Of a DNA stretch of 64,000 bases, positions 1 to 7,800 are shown in pieces. Origin of the DNA: Candidatus Norongarragalinales archaeon (GTDB lineage Archaea > Micrarchaeota > Micrarchaeia > Norongarragalinales > Norongarragalinaceae); assembly GCA_038884755.1 (NCBI GenBank), contig JAWABJ010000001.1:256001-320000 (forward strand), in the 5' to 3' direction. The position numbers and the translations under genes were made by a program. The notes beneath the pieces were generated by a model, which had not been told where the DNA came from, made no database searches, and worked only from the letters and a program-made list of their open reading frames with translations. Position 1 is the first letter of the stretch; the number at the start of each line of letters is the position of its first letter.

Positions 1-45
1 ACGCTTTTCTACGTCTCGACGCTGTTGTTTTGACGACGTCGCCAT
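1..45 (-). CDS. 5' start of an unidentified gene running off the window edge (MATSSKQQRRDVEKR...)
   Basis: ATG at 45 and an open frame to the edge, divergent from aIF-2beta across an AT-rich TATTATAAA element. Confidence 0.4.
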   Translation of the reverse strand, partial: MATSSKQQRRDVEKR

Positions 46-91
46 GTATTATAAAGCGCCGGAGGCAAATAATTTTTGAAAGAGGGTTAGA

Positions 92-499
92 ATGGAGTCT
101 TACGAAGTTTTGCTCGAGCGCGTGAAACAAAAGCACGCCGTAAAAACCAGTTCGGGTGAAAGGTTTGAAACCCCAGTTTTCGTGATAAGCATAGTGGGAA
201 GCAAGACTTACGTCAAGAATTTCGAGGACGTGGCCGAAAAACTCAGGCGCACGAAAGAAGTTCTGGCGAAGTTTTTGTTCAAGGAACTCGCGACTCCCGG
301 CATGGTGCAGGGGCAGGAGCTCATCCTCCAGTCTAAAGTGCAGTTCCGCTTGCTTCAGGAAAAACTGCAGAGTTTCGTGGAAAGGGTTGTGCTGTGCAAG
401 GAGTGCGGCAAGCCCGACACGCACTTGGAGCATCATGGACGCAATGTGGATTTCGTGGTTTGCGAAGCGTGCGGTGCCAAGAGGCCCGTTTTGTACTAG
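92..499 (+). CDS. eif2b: Translation initiation factor 2 subunit beta (aIF-2beta)
   Basis: YE.LL.R start, ERFE.P, KELAT.G and a C-terminal CxxC...CxxCGA zinc ribbon. Confidence 0.95.
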   Translation: MESYEVLLERVKQKHAVKTSSGERFETPVFVISIVGSKTYVKNFEDVAEKLRRTKEVLAKFLFKELATPGMVQGQELILQSKVQFRLLQEKLQSFVERVVLCKECGKPDTHLEHHGRNVDFVVCEACGAKRPVLY

Positions 500-538
500 C
501 AGGATTTTTTGCTTTCTAGAAAAAAATCGTGAGGTGTT

Positions 539-877
539 TTGTTGCCGTTTTACAAAGACCACTCCCGTCGTGCTAAGTCGTCGGGACAGCCGAATTTCGA
601 AGAGCGCTTGAGGTTGCCTCGCAAGGGAGAGATTTTTGGGATTGTCGTTGCTTTGCAAGGCGGCGCTCGCATGATAGTGCAGTGCGAGGACGGGAAGGAA
701 CGAATGTGCCGCGTTCCCGGAAGCATAAAAAGGCAAGTGTGGGTTAAGGAAGGCGACGTCGTTTTGATAGAACCGTGGACCGTGCAGGGCGACGAAAAGG
801 CCGACATCACGTACCGTTATACTCGGCTGCAGGTGGAAAAGCTGAGGCAGCGCGGCATTCTCAAGATGGAGTTTTAA
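539..877 (+). CDS. eif1a: Translation initiation factor 1A (aIF-1A)
   Basis: RLP...GE.FG.V, DGKERMCRVPG, W..EGDVV..EPW, YRYT; GAGGTG RBS at 531. Confidence 0.95.
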   Translation: MLPFYKDHSRRAKSSGQPNFEERLRLPRKGEIFGIVVALQGGARMIVQCEDGKERMCRVPGSIKRQVWVKEGDVVLIEPWTVQGDEKADITYRYTRLQVEKLRQRGILKMEF

Positions 878-922
878 CTGCGAAAAGAAGCTTTTTTCTT
901 TTGCCTTTTTCTTATACCGTTT

Positions 923-1726
923 ATGTCACTTAAGGTAAGCAAGCGCAAGCAGCCGAGGCGCGAAGACAAGCAGATAAAATACGCTTTGAAGATTACTGAC
1001 AAGGTTTTGGACGACCAGACCACCCGCACGCTCGCGCAACTCATGAACGCAAAAGAATTCAAGACTTTGGACTACGCGATTGCGGCGGGCAAGGAAGCAG
1101 TAGTGTTTCGCGCTACGCGTTACGACGGTTCTTTCTGCGCTGTGAAAGTGTTCAAGTTCGAAACCACAGCATTCCGCAAAATGGTTCCCTACATAGAAGG
1201 CGACCCGCGGTTCAGTGTAGACGCAGTAAAGCATTCGAAACGCGCTTTGGTGAAAGTTTGGGCGAGGAAAGAGTACGCGAACCTGAAGGCTTGTTTTGAG
1301 GCTAAAGTAAGCGTGCCGAAGCCCTTTGCTTTGAAGGAAAACGTCATCGTGATGGAGTTCATCGGGGTCGGGGGAAAGCCTTGCGCTTTGCTTACGCAAG
1401 TCGTGGTGCAAAACCCCCGTGCTGTGTTCAAGCAACTGCTGGGCGTAATTCGGAAAATGCACGCGGCGGGAATAGTGCATTCTGATTTGAGCCCTTACAA
1501 CATCATGCTCATGCAGACGCAAAACGCCGACGGTTCTTTCGACGAAAAGGCCGTCGTAATCGATTTGGCGCAGGGCGTTTCCTTAAAGCATCCGAAGGCA
1601 AAAGAGTTTTTGGCTCGGGATGTTTCCAACGTCGTGAATTTCTTTTCCAAACTCGGCGTGGAAAGCGAATTGTGCGATAGCGCGAAAGCGCTGGAGTTCG
1701 TTTTGAAAAAAGCGGATTTAAAATAG
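923..1726 (+). CDS. rio1: RIO1-family serine/threonine kinase
   Basis: GKEAVVF, AVKVF, W..KEY.NL, HSDLSPYNI, IDLAQ; usual position after aIF-1A. Confidence 0.93.
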   Translation: MSLKVSKRKQPRREDKQIKYALKITDKVLDDQTTRTLAQLMNAKEFKTLDYAIAAGKEAVVFRATRYDGSFCAVKVFKFETTAFRKMVPYIEGDPRFSVDAVKHSKRALVKVWARKEYANLKACFEAKVSVPKPFALKENVIVMEFIGVGGKPCALLTQVVVQNPRAVFKQLLGVIRKMHAAGIVHSDLSPYNIMLMQTQNADGSFDEKAVVIDLAQGVSLKHPKAKEFLARDVSNVVNFFSKLGVESELCDSAKALEFVLKKADLK

Positions 1727-1759
1727 CGCGCTGAGTGGTTTTTAACAAAGGGTGGTGCA

Positions 1760-2071
1760 GTGGCACGCGGAATTGTTGATAAGAGCATTGATTTGGACGA
1801 GCTGCTGAAGAAAGAGTCTTCGGGCGGCGCGCAGGGGGATTTCGCGCAAAAGCTTTCAGACGCTTACGCGCTGGTTTTCAACACTCTGCAGGAGTTGAAG
1901 GAAATGAAAGCGCGCGGGGATTTCAAAACTCTCAAGGAAACGAAGCGGGAACTTTACGATTCGGTCATGAAGTGCAAGGTCACCGTGGACGAATTGAAGG
2001 AGTTTCTTGACTTCCTCGGGGAAGGCGGCGAAGCCGGTGAAAAGCCCGAACGCCGCCGTTACAGGCGGTGA
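1760..2071 (+). CDS. Hypothetical helical protein (103 aa)
   Basis: GGTGGTG RBS-like site, coding-like composition, fills the gap between rio1 and tpiA. Confidence 0.7.
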   Translation: MARGIVDKSIDLDELLKKESSGGAQGDFAQKLSDAYALVFNTLQELKEMKARGDFKTLKETKRELYDSVMKCKVTVDELKEFLDFLGEGGEAGEKPERRRYRR

Positions 2072-2087
2072 AAAGGGTGCTTTCGAT

Positions 2088-2753
2088 TTGATCGTCTTGA
2101 ACTTGAAGGCTTACGCCGAGTCTTCCGGCGAAAACGGGTTGAATCTCATTAGAACGGCGCACGCGGTTTCAAAAAAAACGAAAAAGAAAATAATAGTGTG
2201 CCCCCAGCCGACGCAGTTGCACTACGCCCGGAAAAATTCCACTTCCAACTTTTGGTTTTTCGCCCAGCACGTCGATGCGAACGCGCAAGGCGCTTTTACC
2301 GGCACGCTTACGCTCGAGGCTGTTGCAGAAGAAGGGTGCAAGGGCACGCTGATAAACCATTCGGAAAAGAAAGTTTCGTACGACCACGCGCGAATAGTTG
2401 TTGAAAAGGCGAAAAGACTCGGCTTGAAAACGGTAATCTGCGCCGACACGGTGGAGAAAGGCGTTTTGTTTTCGCAGCTCAAGCCTTGGGCCATTGCAGT
2501 AGAGCCGCCCGAGCTCATTGGAAGCGGCATAAGCGTTTCGAAGGCTAGGCCGCAGGTTGTTGAGAATGCAGTGCGCAGTATAAAGTCTTTCGACAAGCGA
2601 ATAATCGTGCTGGTGGGCGCCGGCGTTTCAAACGCCGAAGATTACTCCAAATGCCTTGCGCTCGGCGCTGAAGGCGTTTTGCTCGCGAGCGCTTTCGTGA
2701 AAGCGCAAAACCCGCGCGAGTGGCTCGAGTCGCTCGTCAAAGTGAAGGCTTGA
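2088..2753 (+). CDS. tpiA: Triosephosphate isomerase, archaeal type (start probably TTG 2088)
   Basis: NLKAY, AQHVD, G..TG, INHSE, AVEPPELIG.G, GAGV, GVLLAS. Confidence 0.95.
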   Translation: MIVLNLKAYAESSGENGLNLIRTAHAVSKKTKKKIIVCPQPTQLHYARKNSTSNFWFFAQHVDANAQGAFTGTLTLEAVAEEGCKGTLINHSEKKVSYDHARIVVEKAKRLGLKTVICADTVEKGVLFSQLKPWAIAVEPPELIGSGISVSKARPQVVENAVRSIKSFDKRIIVLVGAGVSNAEDYSKCLALGAEGVLLASAFVKAQNPREWLESLVKVKA

Positions 2754-2891
2754 AAGCGCTTTCGGGCAAAGTTTTTAACTTTTCGCCATCGCGTTATTTA
2801 ATTTTATCACGCTTTTTGAGTTTGGCGAGAGTTTTTTTTTCCTTAGACTCTCTACTATCGAACCGAAAACCAGACGGTTGCGTGGAAGAAA

Positions 2892-3029
2892 ATGGACTTG
2901 GGACAGGCACTGTTGGGATTAGCAGTGTTCTATTTCCTCGTGTTTTTCGGCGGAGGGCTGTTGGAAAACGACGCTTTGCTGTTGATGGCTTTGGGCATAG
3001 GCGTTTACTACTGGATTACCAACCAGTGA
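2892..3029 (+). CDS. Small two-helix membrane protein (45 aa, MDLGQALLGLAVFYFLVFFGGGLLENDALLLMALGIGVYYWITNQ), not in ORF track
   Basis: ATG..TGA frame with two hydrophobic segments, filling the gap and converging on argS. Confidence 0.55.
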   Translation: MDLGQALLGLAVFYFLVFFGGGLLENDALLLMALGIGVYYWITNQ

Positions 3030-3047
3030 AGCTTCGGCTTGCGCAGC

Positions 3048-4736
3048 CTACATTTTTTCCGGAATTTTTATTCCCAAGAGAGAAAGTCCTTTTTCAATCA
3101 CGTTGAGCGTTGCCGCAACAATCGCGATGCGCTTTGCTTTCTCCTCGCCTTTGCTCTGCACCACCGGGCATTTTTCGTAGAATTCGCTGAACGTTGCGGA
3201 TAGCTTGAGCAAGTAATCGCATATAGCGTGCGGTTCGAAATTTCTTGAAGTTTGCTCTACAACTCGCGGGTATAGCGAAAGCTGGAACGCGATTTTGCGT
3301 TCGGTGTCGTTAAAGCATGCTTTTTCCGGGATTGCTTTTGCTTTCGCTTCCGCCTTGCGCAAGATGTTTTTGGCCCTGACTGCGGTGTATTGCACGTACG
3401 CTCCAGTATCCCCTTCGAAACTCACGGCTTTGGAAGGGTTGAACGTTATGTTTTTTTGATTGCTTACCCTCAGGAAGCCGAATTTCACGCTTCCAACGCC
3501 GATGGTGTTGGCTATCTCGCCGAGGGTTTTTTCCGGAATTCTTTCCTTTTCCCGTATTTCCTCCCTTGCGGCGCGCGTCGCCTCGTCGAGCAAATCTTTG
3601 AGGAACAGCACGTTGCCTTTTCTCGAAGAGAGTTTTCCGCTTTCCAGGTAAATCAGCCCGAAACCAACGTGCCTGAAGCGGTCGGTGTAACCGCGCCCCA
3701 ACAACTCCAGTATCTTGTACACTTGCTTGAAATGCATGCTTTGGTCGCTTCCTGTTACTATTATTGAAAGCGCCGGGTTGTAGTTTTTGAAGCGGCTGTC
3801 GGCGAGCGACAAGTCACGCGTGGAGTAAAGCGTGGTTCCGTTCGAACGTAGGATTACCAGGTTGGGAAGGCCGTGTTCTTCCAAAAACGCGACGAGCTCC
3901 CCGTCTTTTTCTACCCGCGCGATGCCTTTTTGTTTGGCTTCCATCGCGAGCTTTTTCCCTTCGATTACGAAGTCGCTGTCGAAAATTTCTTCGGTGAACG
4001 AAACGCCGAGTTTCTCGTAATTCTCTTGCAAAGGCTTTACGCTCAAGTCCCTCACCGCACGGAGTTGTTTCAGTATAGCTGGGTTGCCGTCTTCCATGCC
4101 TTCGAGGATTTCGTGCACTCCCTTGGAGAGGCTTTCGTCTTTTTCTATCTCTTCGTTTATCTTCACGTAGTAGTTCAAAAGCTGTTTTTCGTCCTTGATT
4201 TCGCCGATTTTGTATTTCTTCAATCCCAACAGTAGTTTCGCCACTTGAGTTCCAGCTTCGCACAAGTAGTTGGACGCGATGACTTCATACCCGCGCTCGC
4301 GAAGCACGCGGGCTATCGAATCTCCCAGTATCGTCGAGCGGATGTGCCCCACGTGCATGGGCTTTCCGACATTGGGGGAGGAGAATTCAACAACCACTTT
4401 TTTTCCCTTGCCTTCGGTTCCCTTGCCGAAGTTTTCCCCCAACGCTTCCGCAATCGCACGGGAGTGGTAGTCGTCGTTCAAGAAAAAGTTGACGTAGCCG
4501 TCGACCGCCTCGGTTTTCTCCACGAACTCAATTCCCTTGAGTTCAGCTGCCAGGGTTTTCGCGATTTCGGCCGGACTTTTCTTCGTCTTTGCCGCCAGGG
4601 GAAAGCAGGCGAAAGACAAGTCGCCGTACTCGCGCGAAACTTCTATTTTCACCGCCGTGCTTTCGCCGTAGAGTTTTTTCACCGCAGCGGCGGCTTTCTT
4701 TTCGCACTCCCTGATGGCTTTTTCGAGCAGGAACAT
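3048..4736 (-). CDS. argS: Arginine--tRNA ligase (start probably ATG 4736)
   Basis: VEFSSPN.GKPMHVGH.R, KLSSRKG, FEGDTG.Y.QY, C-terminal anticodon-binding domain ending PEKM. Confidence 0.97.
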   Translation of the reverse strand: MFLLEKAIRECEKKAAAAVKKLYGESTAVKIEVSREYGDLSFACFPLAAKTKKSPAEIAKTLAAELKGIEFVEKTEAVDGYVNFFLNDDYHSRAIAEALGENFGKGTEGKGKKVVVEFSSPNVGKPMHVGHIRSTILGDSIARVLRERGYEVIASNYLCEAGTQVAKLLLGLKKYKIGEIKDEKQLLNYYVKINEEIEKDESLSKGVHEILEGMEDGNPAILKQLRAVRDLSVKPLQENYEKLGVSFTEEIFDSDFVIEGKKLAMEAKQKGIARVEKDGELVAFLEEHGLPNLVILRSNGTTLYSTRDLSLADSRFKNYNPALSIIVTGSDQSMHFKQVYKILELLGRGYTDRFRHVGFGLIYLESGKLSSRKGNVLFLKDLLDEATRAAREEIREKERIPEKTLGEIANTIGVGSVKFGFLRVSNQKNITFNPSKAVSFEGDTGAYVQYTAVRAKNILRKAEAKAKAIPEKACFNDTERKIAFQLSLYPRVVEQTSRNFEPHAICDYLLKLSATFSEFYEKCPVVQSKGEEKAKRIAIVAATLNVIEKGLSLLGIKIPEKM

Positions 4737-4795
4737 GTTTGAAATTATCCGCTCCCACAACTTAAAACAATAGCGTTCGCACAACCCACTCAAAA

Positions 4796-4810
4796 AAAGC
4801 TTATTTAAGG
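4796..4810 (+). promoter_or_regulatory. Putative BRE/TATA promoter of the giant-protein gene pair
   Basis: AAAGCTTATTTAAGG about 30 nt before ATG 4839; similar TTATTTAAA on the minus strand at 61061-61069 upstream of the 2037-aa gene. Confidence 0.5.
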
Positions 4811-4838
4811 ACGTTTTACAAAGAAAGTTGATATCTTC

Positions 4839-7800
4839 ATGTACGACGGAAAGGAAAAAGGCGGGGGCAAGACTTTCTTCGAAAGCGTTGAAGAGTCCTA
4901 CTATTCATTTTGCGATTCGTTGCAGGAGAAAGGCATTAAGGTTTACGACTGGTTCGTCGACCCTCTCGAGAAAAACGGCATTCCCTCGCTTCCGGTAATG
5001 CTGCTCATTCTGTTGGCAGTGCTTTTGGGCGCAGGGTGGCTTTTGTTTAATCCCGCGCAGGGCTCGGGCGCGTATTCCTTGAGTGTGAGCATAACCACGG
5101 AAAAAGGTCCGGTCGACGACGCGTTTGTTTCTCTTTTCAAAGGCAGTTCGCTCGTGGCGAAGGAAAAAACGCAGGCCGGGGTGGCTTTGTTCGAAGGGAT
5201 TGAAGGCGGGGAGTACTCGATTGAAGTTGAGAAAGAGGGTTTCGAGAAAACCGCGCAAAACGTTCTCGTGCCCGACCAGGATTACGTTGAAATAACGCTT
5301 AAGCCCGGAGTTCAAACGCGCACGCAGCCGAACGGCAAAACCACGCCCAATTCCGTGAGTTTCAACAACCTCGACTTTCCGTCGGGAAGCGGAAAATTGG
5401 TTTTGCATATATTCGTAAATAGTCCCGGCGGGCAGAGCTTGAACGCTATTGCAACAGTGTACGACAAGCGCTCGATGGCTTCGCTTGGAACCGTGAACGT
5501 GAAAGACGGGTGGGGCACTTTCGACAGTCTTGAGGAAGGAATGCTGGTTTACGCCGACGTGAGCGCAGAAGGCTTTGCGCCTTACTCGGGTTCGGAAAAC
5601 GCCATTACAATTTCCAAAAGCGGAATCAACTCTCTTACCGTAACACTTTCGGCCTTGACCGGCGATTTCGTTGAAACTCTTGTTCGCGTGAGCGACTTGC
5701 AGGACGCGCCTGTTGCAGGAGCTTCAATCCAAGTTTTTCCCGCTGGCTCTGCAACTCCCTTGACTTTGTCCAATTCGCTTACTGATTCCAAGGGAATGCT
5801 CAAGCTTTTTTTGAATTCTAAAAACGAGTCTAGGTACAAGCTTCTTGCGGGCAAAACCGGTTTCGACGACACGGAAAGCGAGTGGTTCAAGGCAGGCGAG
5901 CCTGTCGCAGTGCGCTTGCACAAGCCCGGAGAATATACCGAAGACGAGAAAAGCCGCTCTTCGGCTTTGAACGCGCTTGTCACGCAAGAAGGAACGCCGG
6001 TGAAAGGGGCGGTAGTAACAATCGCGGGCGAAGGGCTTGTAACGCGCACGAGAGCCACAGACGCGCAGGGCAAGGCTTCGTTTTTCCTTTTCAACAAGCG
6101 CGGGTTGAACGTGGTTGCAAGCGCGGTGAAGGGAAACAGGGCTGCTTCCAAAGAGTTGGCTTTGGACGCTGCCGAAGTTTCGGTTGAATTGCCTTTGCAG
6201 AAAGCTTCGGGAATAGTAACGGTTAAAGCGGTGCGGTATTCCAACCAACAGCATTTGGACGCTTTGTTTGAAGCGCGAGAAAACAACGCGCTGCTTTCTT
6301 CTTGCGCTACCAACGGCGCAAGCCAAGAATGCGATTTGCAGGTTCCGCTCGGAACTACGGTTCAGATAACCGCTTCCTCGCAAGGCTTCGTTTCGGAAAC
6401 GCACGAGGTGGTTGTGAACGCGCAGCAAATGTCTTACTCTTTCGCGTTGGTTTCGGAAAACGAAGTCCAATATTCGCAAATCAAGGACTTTCGCGTTACG
6501 CTGGAAGGAAGCAACGAAGCTGTTGAAATCCTTTATCCTGGAAAGCGTTACGAAGCTAAATTCACTTTGTTGGGCAAAACGCAAAGCACCGCAGACTCGT
6601 TCGGGTTTTACTTTTCCGTTGATGCTTCCAAAGCCGCGATAAAGAAAGTCACTCCTCCGTCTGCACCTGCGAAAACCTTGGGTTCCGCAACTGCCGCTTG
6701 CTCTCCAACCCAAATCAACTACAACAACGCTAACGCGGCGTGGGTGGATTTGACTTACCCCGGAAGCAATTCCGTTTCCAGCAAGAGCGTGAGAGTGGTT
6801 TTCGAAGTAAAGCCTTTGCCTGAAGGCGTTTTGGAGGAAAACACGATTGTGAAATACCGCAGTTTTCTCGTGCAAGGCGGGAAATACTACCGCAATCCTT
6901 TGAATGCGAACGACCCGCCTGAAAGGCGTTTTGACGCGAAAACTCCTTTGGCGTCCGGCTGCGATTCGCCGGCAATAAGCCGCACGTTCGTAATTAACGC
7001 CGCGGGCGTGTCGTGCAACAATTTTGCGTGCGTGCAAGTTGCTTTCACTCAACAGGGCGCGCAAAGCGCGAGGGACGGTTTCGTGGCTAAGGGCGGAGAC
7101 AATCCCGCGCCAGTGATAATGGCTTTCGAAATTGCCATGCGCACCGCGCAGTTGCAAGGGGAGTTGGGTTTGTCTTTCAACGCGCCAGGCGGGTTTTTGG
7201 GCTTGCTTTCGCTGAAATACCCTGGAATTCCCGACGAGCAGGGCACTCCGCCCGAATTTCCGACTGTGCTCGAGTTCAACGGCAACGAAGGTTCTTTCTC
7301 CGTTTCGGTCGACCACTTGAAGTCTTACGCGAATTTCGAAGCGGGTTTCGTTTTCGGGGGGCAGGTTGCGTTGAAGCCCTTGGCGAAAACAAACCATTCT
7401 CAACTGTTTCTGCAAATTGCAGACAGCTCTAACGGGACTAGGCATACTGCGACCTATGGCGTCGTCACCAATGAAACCATAGGCGGCGGGGGCGTTTCGA
7501 ACGAAAGACTTTCGCTGCTTCCCGGCTCGCAGGATTCTTGCGGCGGCTCGCCTTTCGTAATTTACGACCCGGGCTTGAGAAACCAGATTTTGCTGAAGCA
7601 AACGCGGGATTTCCAGACGCAGTGCGGGACTGTTGAAATGCGCACCACGCCTTTGTTTCCGGCTGACGCGGTTAAAATCACTGTCGACACCGCCGAAAGG
7701 CTTTTGGTTAACGTGACTGAAGACGACGGTTCGAGCATTTGCTTCGAATCGTGCTCTTTCGGCAGGGACGGTAAGGTCGACGAGTCTTCTTGCATACGCG

